Assembly: GCA_040437565.1 (NCBI GenBank) | Contig: JBDOQK010000059.1 | Location: 186,001 to 223,700, forward strand | DNA from: Albugo candida | Lineage: Eukaryota | Direction of reading: 5' to 3' | DNA: 37,700 bases | In this document: piece by piece, positions 23,780-35,836 of the stretch | Layout: each line of letters opens with the position of its first letter | How positions within the stretch are numbered: position 1 is the first letter of the stretch | Position numbers and translations under genes: made by a program | Notes under the pieces: generated by a model | What the model was told of the DNA's origin: nothing | The model's input: the letters and a program-made list of their open reading frames with translations, nothing else | Database searches by the model: none

Positions 23780-26700
23780 CCCCCGGAATTGACTTCGCAT
23801 TGGCTGGATTCTGGCAGAAGTTCTGACCAATGCGAAGCGTGCTTGATGTCTTTTGCATATTCCCAAGTGCTGTCATACTCTAGATAACCATGCAACCTAA
23901 CAAGCCATTGAAGCTGACCTTGACGGTTCCGCACTTTCAATAGTTTGTCCACGACGAATAAACCCTGACTTTATCGTTTTCTGCGATAGGCGCTCACCTC
24001 GATATCGGCCTCGTTCGGAATTTGCTTGGCGTTGGCGCATAATGTGTCAAAAGCTCGACATTAAGCGTTGAATGTTAGCGATAGCTTTGAAGGTAACTGG
24101 AGCTTGGCAACGTTCTAAATGATCATCTTGATGATGCGGAATGGCCCTATCGCCTTGCAGCCATTTCAGACGTTGTTTCGGCTCCATTGGCCATGGAGAA
24201 TCTTACGGGTAGATTTCTCGTGACCAGAAGGGCTAAACGTCCATCACTAAAGTCGACTTCTCAACGTTTTCTGTTATAATACCGTTTCTGCCGTTCCTGC
24301 TTGGCATTTAAATTTCTCCGCGTGCTTGCGATCGTCCACTAAGTTTTGAGCATAATATGCAGCTGGAATAATCGTTTGCACATTTGATAAATCATTATGA
24401 GTAAGTGGGTACGGTTGGCGACCCGTATCAATTTGGAACGGAGGCAGCTTTGTGGACGTGCTAATAAGTGGTGCGTGTGCATACGCTATGGTTATCAAAT
24501 GATTAACCCAATCATCCCCATGGTACGAAACCATGCAACTTAATGCATCTTCAGGCACCAAGTTAGGACGCTCGGATTGGCTATCACTCTGATCCCGATG
24601 TGCAGTCTTCATGCTCAATTTCACTCCCATCAGTTGCATGAGTGATTTCCAAAATTTAGAGGAAATCTCGGGCCCCTGTCGCTTATGATAACTACGCGGT
24701 AATCCGTGATGGCGTATGACTCCATAAAAAAGATCTGAGCCACTTCTGCGGCGTCTACAATCGTCTGTGTTAGTATGCAACTCGCGCGTTTGGACAATTT
24801 ATCCACAGCCGTCATGGTTGAGGCCAATACTTGAGAAACTGGTAGACCAACCACAAAGTCCATAAATACCACTTCCCAATATTCTTTCGGAATTGGAATG
24901 GGCATGAACGTTCCGATTTTTTGAGGCTACCGGATTTCCATCTCATGCCTGTTAAACATGTAGATAATACCATCATGCTGTCTTGTATTGAGTGCACTGA
25001 ATTTTCGGATGTACTGCTGTCGGTCCGTCAAGCGATTCACTGATTATGTTAGTGCGAATTTTGTAAATGTTTGGGACACATAAGCGTTTTACATTGTGAT
25101 CCGATTGCAGATACACCAAGAATTTCAACTTCATTATTTTGACTTCATCGTGTGTTATAGAACCATTCCATACAGCACTGAAACTCGGATTTGTCTCCTA
25201 CATCTCTTGAAACAGTATTTTATTGACGTGCTCAAATGCGTCCTCACGATAGTATACTCGATGCTATGAACCTGATCGAGAGTGTCCGTGCTCGTAAAGT
25301 ATACTTAAGGCACTCCGATATCATGAGACTCCACTAAAAGGTCCACATCATCGAGAATCATGTGCAACGCAGCATTGTCGACGCGTCTGTAGGTGGATGC
25401 GGCCCGAAAATGACGACGATAAGCTGTACCGCGCTGAAAACAAATGTATCCACACGAGTGAACCGAAGGCTGCGAAGAACTTGCGAGGAGCTTCACAGGA
25501 TGGGACAATGCGTCTGCGACAACGTTACGTACTCCCTTGACGTGTTGGAGAACAAATCAAACTGCGAAAAAAGGTCAGGAATCGAGACAATTTCGGCGAC
25601 ACCTTTGGATGATGTAGCATCTAATGACACGCAGAACTTTCCGTATATACATCAAATGGCTAGCCGAGAAGATAGTGCCGCCCTTTCTCTAGTGTCATCT
25701 TGATGACCAATAATCCCTTCTCAAGTGGGGGCCAATGGATTTCCTGCTGGCCTACATTTGTTGAATAGAACACAATTGGATGATCGGCGCCACCAAATAT
25801 TTACGATAAAACTGCACTGATACAATATCCTGAAGCATCAGTTGTAAACAAGAACTTGGCAGAAAAGTCCGGCAGCTTTAATACACTGTCAACTTTAGAC
25901 CGAGAAACGCTTTCTTCGGGTCAGAACCCCAATGCCAGGAAGTATCCTTTTCCGTAAGCCGACTGAGAGGTAATGCATGCGTTGCAAAATCACATTTAAA
26001 ACGGCGATAGTATCCTGCCAAGACAAGAAAGCTAAGTAATTCCTGCTTCGATCGTGGCGCAGCCATTTGTGCAATCGCAACGATTTCTTCTTGCCAACCG
26101 ATAGTCCTTGACCAGATACAGTGTGTCCGAGAAAGGCAACTGCAGTTAGACCAAACGAGCACATCNNNNNNNNNNNNNNNNNNNNNNNNNNNNNNNNNNN
26201 NNNNNNNNNNNNNNNNNNNNNNNNNNNNNNNNNNNNNNNNNNNNNNNNNNNNNNNNNNNNNNNNNTGCAGCTGGAATAATCGTTTGCACATTTGATAAAT
26301 CATTATGAGTAAGTGGGTACGGTTGGCGACCCGTATCAATTTGGAACGGAGGCAGCTTTGTGGACGTGCTAATAAGTGGTGCGTGTGCATACGCTATGGT
26401 TATCAAATGATTAACCCAATCATCCCCATGGTACGAAACCATGCAACTTAATGCATCTTCAGGCACCAAGTTAGGACGCTCGGATTGGCTATCACTCTGA
26501 TCCCGATGTGCAGTCTTCATGCTCAATTTCACTCCCATCAGTTGCATGAGTGATTTCCAAAATTTAGAGGAAATCTCGGGCCCCTGTCGCTTATGATAAC
26601 TACGCGGTAATCCGTGATGGCGTATGACTCCATAAAAAAGATCTGAGCCACTTCTGCGGCGTCTACAATCGTCTGTGTTAGTATGCAACTCGCGCGTTTG

Positions 26701-29700
26701 GACAATTTATCCACAGCCGTCATGGTTGAGGCCAATACTTGAGAAACTGGTAGACCAACCACAAAGTCCATAAATACCACTTCCCAATATTCTTTCGGAA
26801 TTGGAATGGGCATGAACGTTCCGATTTTTTGAGGCTACCGGATTTCCATCTCATGCCTGTTAAACATGTAGATAATACCATCATGCTGTCTTGTATTGAG
26901 TGCACTGAATTTTCGGATGTACTGCTGTCGGTCCGTCAAGCGATTCACTGATTATGTTAGTGCGAATTTTGTAAATGTTTGGGACACATAAGCGTTTTAC
27001 ATTGTGATCCGATTGCAGATACACCAAGAATTTCAACTTCATTATTTTGACTTCATCGTGTGTTATAGAACCATTCCATACAGCACTGAAACTCGGATTT
27101 GTCTCCTACATCTCTTGAAACAGTATTTTATTGACGTGCTCAAATGCGTCCTCACGATAGTATACTCGATGCTATGAACCTGATCGAGAGTGTCCGTGCT
27201 CGTAAAGTATACTTAAGGCACTCCGATATCATGAGACTCCACTAAAAGGTCCACATCATCGAGAATCATGTGCAACGCAGCATTGTCGACGCGTCTGTAG
27301 GTGGATGCGGCCCGAAAATGACGACGATAAGCTGTACCGCGCTGAAAACAAATGTATCCACACGAGTGAACCGAAGGCTGCGAAGAACTTGCGAGGAGCT
27401 TCACAGGATGGGACAATGCGTCTGCGACAACGTTACGTACTCCCTTGACGTGTTGGAGAACAAATCAAACTGCGAAAAAAGGTCAGGAATCGAGACAATT
27501 TCGGCGACACCTTTGGATGATGTAGCATCTAATGACACGCAGAACTTTCCGTATATACATCAAATGGCTAGCCGAGAAGATAGTGCCGCCCTTTCTCTAG
27601 TGTCATCTTGATGACCAATAATCCCTTCTCAAGTGGGGGCCAATGGATTTCCTGCTGGCCTACATTTGTTGAATAGAACACAATTGGATGATCGGCGCCA
27701 CCAAATATTTACGATAAAACTGCACTGATACAATATCCTGAAGCATCAGTTGTAAACAAGAACTTGGCAGAAAAGTCCGGCAGCTTTAATACACTGTCAA
27801 CTTTAGACCGAGAAACGCTTTCTTCGGGTCAGAACCCCAATGCCAGGAAGTATCCTTTTCCGTAAGCCGACTGAGAGGTAATGCATGCGTTGCAAAATCA
27901 CATTTAAAACGGCGATAGTATCCTGCCAAGACAAGAAAGCTAAGTAATTCCTGCTTCGATCGTGGCGCAGCCATTTGTGCAATCGCAACGATTTCTTCTT
28001 GCCAACCGATAGTCCTTGACCAGATACAGTGTGTCCGAGAAAGGCAACTGCAGTTAGACCAAACGAGCACATCTCGCGATGTGCGTATAAGTATTGGCAT
28101 CTTAAAACGCCACAGGCTGTTCGAAGATGCTCTACATGGCGGCTTGGACCTTTGAAAAGATGCAAATGTGGTCCAAATACACGACAACAAAGGTGCATTT
28201 ATAAGAAAGATCGCATGAGTCGTGATCAAATACCCGGCATTCCTGCTAAAACCATTGGTGCAGTACACCAGTGGTATGTTCATTTGCGTTTTCGGAAAGC
28301 TGTGGACTGACGTGAGTTGTCTGCGACTAGCATTTGATGGTATTTTCTAGCTAAATTGATGACCGTAACTATCGTGCCTCCTTGCATCTTGCCAAACAGC
28401 TCGTTGATCAAGGGGAAGGGTATCTGAAGAATCCGTGTCTGACTGTTTACGTGCCGATAGTCAATAACCCATCTGATTGGTATCCGGGTATTTCCGGACC
28501 TGATCGTTTTGGAATGGTATAAGTAGCTGGATCCTTCTTGGGAAACCTGAATATGTTAGAAACCCATGATGAGTTGAAGACTTCAATCAAGCCCTTACGT
28601 AACTTGGACAAAACCCTCTAAAGCGTCCTTTTCTGCCTTTGATAAGCGGTATATAACCTTAAATCTCGGCTGAGCATCGTCTTTCATATGCAAATCAAAA
28701 TTAACCGATCTTTATGGAGGAAGGTTGTCTGGAAGTTTATCCGGAAACACATCGGAAAAACATGTTAGCACTGGTTGTATGCATGACGGTGCTGCTTTGA
28801 TATTCAAAGAAGAAATATTAATCAGGTATACTTCAGCAAAAGCTCCATCCAGCATGTTTTTGACAAATTCTTTGGATTTTCCGAGAAATTCAATATCATG
28901 GTGGAATTTCTGGCTAATTCAGAATTCAGCATTGCCTTGGAAGGACCAGAAACAGTGATCGCAGTTTTTTGTTATCCAGTCTATGATGGACTGAAGTTCA
29001 TGGTGCCATGGTTTCCCTAGAATCACGTTGTGTTTTCCACCATTTTCGTTCATTCTTGGAACACCTGGCCTTGGAAGGTCCGCCCTTCCATAATGATGTC
29101 GGCTTGTACCTTCTTCACAACTTCATTCTAGCTTCTACCATCGAACGTTTCCAGCTGTACATGAAGCATCCCCAAGGTCTTCGTTGCGATTCCGGGTCTA
29201 ATTATAATGAAGCTTAATCCTCCATCTAAGAGAACGTTGAACCTTTTCTCATTGATATTTGCAATCTTCCTGATCATTGCACTGACAAGTTTACATTTCA
29301 CGTTGTTGTTCGATCAAATAATATCGTATCCTCATTCGCTTCTTTTTTCTTCTTGCACGTGATTGACCGGACGTGCTTTTCCACGTCGTTTCTTCTCTTT
29401 CACGGTATTATTGAACTGAACCATAAATGTCTTGGCTTCGTACATTTGAAGCACAGTCGTCGTCGCCTACATTCGCCCTTTTAATGTCGCTCACATGGTC
29501 AGTTTCCATGCATTCCAGCTCATTCGCCGTTGGTACTCATTTTTATCCGAAACGATTTCTTCCTGATTCAATGTCCTTCCTGGAGTTTATTGCGCCAGCC
29601 ATGTCTTCTTGATGCTTGATGATACCTTTTATCCCTCCTTTGGACCCTTTGATGCGAACGATCGTAATCTAAAGCCACGTTGATTGCCTCAATCAGTGTT

Positions 29701-30260
29701 TCACAGCGCCTCTGTTAGACGTCTTTCTCTGTTCGAGTCTGCTAAGCCGCTCTGGAAATATATGACCCTGTCAATCTCACTCATACTGCGTATTTAAACC
29801 ATGATATGCCGACGACGTGCAATGCATCCGATATATCTCGACAATCGCACTCTTCAAGATCGTTCAACTGGTATCGCAAACGTTGTTGTAAATCCGCTGG
29901 CACAAATTCTCGATCCAGCTCGATGAAGAATTATCAGCAGTAGCGATGGTATTTCTATTGATTGCAAATCGCTGAGCAGCTGCTCCTCTCAAGGTTCTCC
30001 CCAGCGTCGTCAAAATTTGCGTAGCCCATACCTCCGTCTACCATACTAATCTAATGGCGCAAAATACTGGTCTACTTGTCCGATGCACAATTGTGTGGAT
30101 TCTTCAACACGACCACTCTAGGTTGGTAACCTCACACCATCTGCTTTCAGCTCTAATGCCACGCACTGTTTATGCATTTGCTCAAACATTCCATGTTGCC
30201 TTGCCATCATCGCTACCATTTGTTGCCTCAACTGCGCATTTGATGATGGTTCCATAACCT
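23780..30260 (-). pseudogene. Gypsy gag-pol pseudogene with C-terminal chromodomain
   Basis: Knuckle RRLCFKCTKPRH (~29450). RT motifs RWVIDYRHVN and VYLDHICIF (YLDD decayed). LAGYYRRF; RNase H TTDASGYC. Integrase WEVVFMDFVVGLP and IISDRGPRF. Chromodomain VDKLLKVRNRQGQLQWLVRLHGYLEYDSTWE (23952-23850). 24358-26165 is duplicated by an artefact. Confidence 0.9.
24358..28073. repeat. Gap-flanking exact duplication (24358-26165 = 26266-28073); assembly artefact
   Basis: 1808 bp repeated either side of the gap at 26166-26265, inside an otherwise heavily decayed element. Confidence 0.88.
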
Positions 30261-30519
30261 CGATTGTACTCTATCTTCCCCAATTGGATGTATCCCTTCT
30301 TTTATAGACAAATGGATACTTAATAAGCGCTCATAAACAAGTTCTCTCTCCCTCTCCTCCGTCAGTAGCGTATGACCGAATGTTAATCTCCTTTTATTAC
30401 CCGAAGGTACTACTCAAAAGAACGAATCAACTGGCTACAAATCTGGGTGAGATATCGAGTCCGAACCAAGACCGCAAGAGCCGACAAGAGATGAAAAAAC
30501 AACAACAAGTGCTACCGCT

Positions 30520-30741
30520 TGTCGTGGAGTTCGTGAGAAATAAGTAGTGTATTATTATTTTGAAAGGTCCTTAGTTCGCTACCCTAGGTCTAAGCCTTTC
30601 AACTAGCACGATTGCTCCCGCAAGCCAGTCGTATGACGTTGTAGGAGCACGTGTACTTACGCAAGGTGTAGAATATGCAATTCGGATAAGGACGTGTACG
30701 TCTATCCGTTAGGGACATGTTCCTAAATGTTCATTATGAAA
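30520..30741 (-). repeat. Gypsy 5' LTR
   Basis: Matches 23562-23777. Its terminus reads TGAAA instead of TGACA. The adjacent minus-strand AGCGGTAGCA is a decayed TGGTATCA-like PBS. Confidence 0.9.
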
Positions 30742-32825
30742 GTTCCTGTCACACTGGAAAATGGAGATCGAGTAAAAATCTATGATTTGCTTATTACTAA
30801 ACATGGATCCACGACTACGGTCAGTATCAGCTTTAGTGTCAAGAGGAACTAAAGTCAATTTTGAAGGACACTGGTGCGATATCATTAAGAGCGGTCAGTT
30901 GGTGACAAACCCCAAGAAAAGAGGCAAGCTATACGTATTACGATTCTAATTCAGAGTGGAGAATGCCAGTAAAGGAAGTGCGAAAGAAGACTTGAAATTG
31001 TGGCATACGCCCCTTGGGCATATATCGATGTCAAATCTTGATAGCGTCAGTAAAGGTGTTAATGGAATGAATGTGGATGTAAATCAAGATGACGATCACC
31101 AAATTTGTGCAGGATGTGTAAGTAAATGTGGAATCACTCCCACAATCAAAGGATGGTGAGAGCAAGACATCATGAGTACTTGAACTTGTACACAGTGACT
31201 TATGGGATCCCATACAAACCAAATCACAGGGGTGGGGGCAAATTATGTCGTCATGTTTATCGACGATTACTCCAGATATACTGTGATCTATTTTCTCGCA
31301 TCGAAGAGTGAAATGTTCGAAAAGTTTGTGGAACATATAGCTTTGATGGAGAATCAAAAAAGTAAAAGGATCAAGTGTATTTTAAACCGACAACGGGAGG
31401 ATACATCAACAAGAAGTTCACATTCTTTTGTCGACATGCCGGAATCATACACCAAACAACTGGATCATATTCGCCTCAGCGAAACGGTTTGGCTGAGCGA
31501 ATGAACCGTACACCGATGGAGAGAGCTCGGTCAACGTTAGCATGGAAGAATGTCGACAAGCAGTGATGGGCGGAAGCAANNNNNNNNNNNNNNNNNNNNN
31601 NNNNNNNNNNNNNNNNNNNNNNNNNNNNNNNNNNNNNNNNNNNNNNNNNNNNNNNNNNNNNNNNNNNNNNNNNNNNNNNCGCTGGAAGAAGATTTCATTT
31701 GGCCACCGAAAGGAGTATCAATTCAACCGAACCACGTTTGCAAGTTAAAGCGAAGTTTATATGGCATGAAGCAAGCAGCTGTCACATGGTACAAGTTGAT
31801 CTAATTATTTGAGGTAAAGCTAGGATTCAATCGATGCAAGAATACTTCTTGCATCTCTGTATGACATGCAGAACAGGACTCCACATGCATTGTTTTGTAT
31901 GTTGACGATCTGCTGATAGGAGCAAGAAGTTTTGAAGTGATCAACAAAGAACGAGTTTAAGACACTTATTCAAGTGAGATACACCTTGGTATGGAAGCTG
32001 AGTATAGTCAAAGTAAGAGAGGGAGGAAGATATCGAAGACGGCATGCATTTCGAGAATGATGGAATAGTTCAATAAAGTTGAATCGAAAACAGTATACAA
32101 CTGTGGGTCAGTCATTGACAAAAAATGAGACCAAAGACCCACGGATGAAGAAGCCACCTTTTCGTTTGTTGGTTGGATTCTAACTGTACGTACATTGCGA
32201 ATGGTACAAGATCTGATATTACATTTGCTGTATGTCAGCTCAGTCGACATCTCGAAACTCAATTGAGGTAAATTGAAAGGCAGCAATTTGAGCGTGCGAT
32301 ATCTAAAGGAAACGAAAACAAGTAGAATTTGATTTAGATCTGGCCCAGATCTATAGGTTTGTGTGTATAGCGACGCAGATTGGGCTGCATCCAAAGAAAA
32401 TCGTCGATCAATGTCAGGTACCATGATTATGATGAATGGATCCTCTGTCACTTTCAACTCAAGAGTACAAAGAGTTGTTGCTTTGAGTACCGCTGAAGCA
32501 GCATATGTCGCGCTATCTCTTTGTATACAAGAAGTCATATGGATCAAGAGCCTTCTGAAATAATTGGGAATTCAGCAAGAGCAATTACTTTGTATGAGGA
32601 TCATCAGAGTACAATTACTAGTGCAAAGGATGATAGGTATCAAAGTCGAGCAAAACACATCGACATTCGTCATCATTTTGTCCGTGAACAAGTGAAACTA
32701 GGAAATATTGAAGTGAAGTAGGTCAATTCAAAGTGCCAAGTGGCCGATTAGTTGACAAGCCACTACCGCCTGGACCAATTCCATATGCTGTTGAAGAAGT
32801 CAAATGCTCGTGATCACAAGTCGAG
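30742..32825 (+). pseudogene. Copia protease C-part, integrase, RT and RNase H (degenerate)
   Basis: Resumes GTVPVTLENGDRVKI across the Gypsy site. Motifs: LWHTPLGH..CAGC, VHSDL, FIDDYSRY, SPQRNGLAERMNRT, VCKLKRSLYGMKQA, LYVDDLLI, YSDADWA..RRSMSG and RAKHIDIRHHFVRE. Confidence 0.92.
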
Positions 32826-32831
32826 AGAGAG

Positions 32832-32994
32832 TGTTGATGGTGTAGACCACATTGGACACGCAAGGCCATGTTGAAGATTCCAATATTACATTTACTGTAG
32901 TAGCAATCTAAAACTTAATGAACGTACTCTCCATGTTTTCTGGAACGTCGTGGCGTGCCCCAAACTATCTCCTACTCAAGGTCTTATATCAACA
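32832..32994 (+). repeat. Copia 3' LTR
   Basis: TGTTGA...TCAACA, preceded by a PPT and followed by the CCAAG TSD. Confidence 0.9.
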
Positions 32995-32999
32995 CCAAG

Positions 33000-33700
33000 A
33001 GGCCTTACGAAAAGATCAAGCCCAAGCAAAAGCGCAGTACCATATGGAGCTCCTTAAGCCAAAAGCCTTCAGTTTTTGTTAGGCTATCCTGCAATTGTAT
33101 GCCGATGCAGAGTACTCGGTGGTGTGGTCTTCGCTGCGAAATTGGAACAGCAAGACCTTTCCAAATCCCTAAGCCCACCTTCACAAGGTCATGGAGAGAG
33201 GTCAATGACCGGATCATAAATCAAATGGGAAGCTTTTTATCTCCCTGATGCGAGATCATGGCAATTCGGTCTTTGGAAGCTTACTGAATAGCCGATCCAT
33301 CGCTGAGGTGTCAAAAATGCCTGGTGGCAAAATCAGAGTGATGGTCACCACAGAGGATGCCTGTCAACATCTGGATTGTCAACCGGAGACTAAACTTGAG
33401 GAAAAGCAATTATTCTGGGAGTTCGATACTCTCGACACAAGATACTATCGCGATGTCTTTGTCGCAGGTGTCTAGGAAGGATAGATTGAATTCCTCTGTT
33501 CTCTTGACATACATACTGCGGCGTCAAATGGTGTATGACACCTTCCGAGAGAATATTTGAACTAAAGAAGTCATGATGTCCACCTGGAGAGTCTACTTTG
33601 GCACTTCAACACGCTCTTAACAGCTGGTCAGATTTGGTTAAGTAGCTGAGCAAATAGCTTACGATAAATAGCTCTACCCAGTATAGGAAAAATGCCCCTC
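33000..33700 (+). pseudogene. Degenerate ORF resembling a repetitive oomycete protein family, possibly a non-LTR ORF1
   Basis: RDHGN..VSKMPGGKIRVMVTTEDAC..EFDTLDTRYYRDV..VYDTFRE..STWRVYF, with in-frame stops. The family assignment is from recall and unverified. Confidence 0.4.
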
Positions 33701-34638
33701 TTTAGACGAATCCACCACTTTTGGGAAACGTGGCCGATATTTTTTAAATAAAAAGGCGACAATACAAGCCCCGGAGACGAAGAAAAGGAAGCAAGCCGCA
33801 ATAGCAAATTTGCGTAGAACAGATACTATACTTGATCTTAGCCATGAGGCCAAGAAGGTGTAGAGCGTATAAGCGTAGAATGGATGGCTCCACCGGTTCA
33901 AAAAAAAGAAAGTGGTGAACAGAGTTAAATGGAAGGACTCCGATGAATGCTTCTTGGAATCCAGCTCTCCACGCAATATCACACCACCAGGATCCCCATC
34001 AGTTCTCCCTAGACCCCTTCCCCTTCTAAATCTGGTGATATATGTAAGGTCATCACACGTCGACGATGGCGATGTACCATTAAGCCTGTCCGATTACGGG
34101 GAAAGCGTCACCGAATCGGCCATTTCAACAAATGGTTCTGTAGGCGTGACCTGGAGAGCTTCCTGCTTTGGTCACCATCAATTACTTCTTTGTGCTTTCT
34201 GATATGAGAGTTGGAGATAGAGGAAAGCGAAGAACCGGCCAAACGGCGTACGAAAAGCCAAGGCAAATTATTCGAGAGAAAGCATGGATATCGACAGAGG
34301 TGGCTCATCAAAAGAGGCAGACCACTATTATCGTTCGAAACATACATCGGTCGCTAATGTTGAGCATCTTACAAGGAACCTAAAGCTGACGAACTGGTTC
34401 AGACAGACGTACATCTACCACGTGTGCCAAAGGTTATTCAGTATTTACAGAAACCAGATAGGATTTTTGAAGCAGCCTTGCACGAGCCATCACTATGAAT
34501 GCTTGCTATTGGATTGCATGGAATCACATGATACGGCGTTGAATAAACTATGTCATTTCTTTCAATTAATCCAGTATTTACTTACCACACTCTTGAGGGA
34601 TACGTAATGTTTTCAACTCGATGGAGATGTCACGTGGT

Positions 34639-35836
34639 CTTCAAGTCCCTATCAGAAGAGAAGTTTTGTTCAAGAAAGTAAGTTCATGGTAACGGGTCAG
34701 CGCCAGAGCACATAGTTGATTTGTTCCGATCTACGAAAGCTATTGCTTTCATCGAGTTGGTGACCATGAGTATTAGACCTACGATATACACAAACAATAG
34801 TTAGCTCGAGTGTATTGCTCGCCAGTGATTTGAATTACAGGTCACCACTACAGATAAATTCACAACAATGTGTTGATTTCATTGTTTCGCTGAGTGGTTG
34901 GACTAAAGCGCTGGTGGCAGTGGTTTAGATGGAAGTGGCAGAGTGCGCTTTGCCATAATGTTGGGGTGCTTTCATCACTACCTGCTATTACTCGAAGTAT
35001 ATTAAAACCCTATATTTCTCACTTATATTGGTGACAAGAAGTTGATTGTGATGAAGATCGAAAGTGTCACGTCTTTTACGGTTCCTTATTCAAGTGCTTT
35101 TACGAAACGATGGTTAAGATGATTGTTATGTTGCTTGAACAATTTGAAAAAGCATTGTATCATTTTTCTGGTCTTTCTCCATCAGCANNNNNNNNNNNNN
35201 NNNNNNNNNNNNNNNNNNNNNNNNNNNNNNNNNNNNNNNNNNNNNNNNNNNNNNNNNNNNNNNNNNNNNNNNNNNNNNNNNNNNNNNCTTCAAGTCCCTA
35301 TCAGAAGAGAAGTTTTGTTCAAGAAAGTAAGTTCATGGTAACGGGTCAGCGCCAGAGCACATAGTTGATTTGTTCCGATCTACGAAAGCTATTGCTTTCA
35401 TCGAGTTGGTGACCATGAGTATTAGACCTACGATATACACAAACAATAGTTAGCTCGAGTGTATTGCTCGCCAGTGATTTGAATTACAGGTCACCACTAC
35501 AGATAAATTCACAACAATGTGTTGATTTCATTGTTTCGCTGAGTGGTTGGACTAAAGCGCTGGTGGCAGTGGTTTAGATGGAAGTGGCAGAGTGCGCTTT
35601 GCCATAATGTTGGGGTGCTTTCATCACTACCTGCTATTACTCGAAGTATATTAAAACCCTATATTTCTCACTTATATTGGTGACAAGAAGTTGATTGTGA
35701 TGAAGATCGAAAGTGTCACGTCTTTTACGGTTCCTTATTCAAGTGCTTTTACGAAACGATGGTTAAGATGATTGTTATGTTGCTTGAACAATTTGAAAAA
35801 GCATTGTATCATTTTTCTGGTCTTTCTCCATCAGCA
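34639..35836. repeat. Gap-flanking exact duplication (34639-35187 = 35288-35836); assembly artefact
   Basis: 549 bp repeated either side of the gap at 35188-35287. Confidence 0.85.

Larger units (their letters stand above)
23562..30741 (-). mobile_element. Ty3/Gypsy chromovirus-type LTR retrotransposon (degenerate)
   Basis: LTRs at 23562-23777 and 30520-30741. TSD GTTCC at 23557-23561 and 30742-30746. A G-rich PPT lies on the minus strand at 23778-23785. Internal order is gag-PR-RT-RH-IN-chromodomain. Confidence 0.93.
17685..32994 (+). mobile_element. Ty1/Copia LTR retrotransposon (degenerate) hosting nested insertions
   Basis: TSD CCAAG at 17680-17684 and 32995-32999. The 3' LTR (32832-32994, TGTTGA...TCAACA) follows a GAGAGAGAG PPT. 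The 5' LTR is split (17685-17780 + 22589-22641) and is followed by GATTATAAGCCTAAG, a decayed GGTTATGGGCCCAG-type PBS. Domain order is gag-PR-IN-RT-RH. Confidence 0.9.

Noticed and set aside
14218..34607. Numerous 60-180 aa ORFs in the ORF track
   Set aside because: They are frameshifted pieces or antisense shadows of TE genes, or are open only because they cross N gaps.
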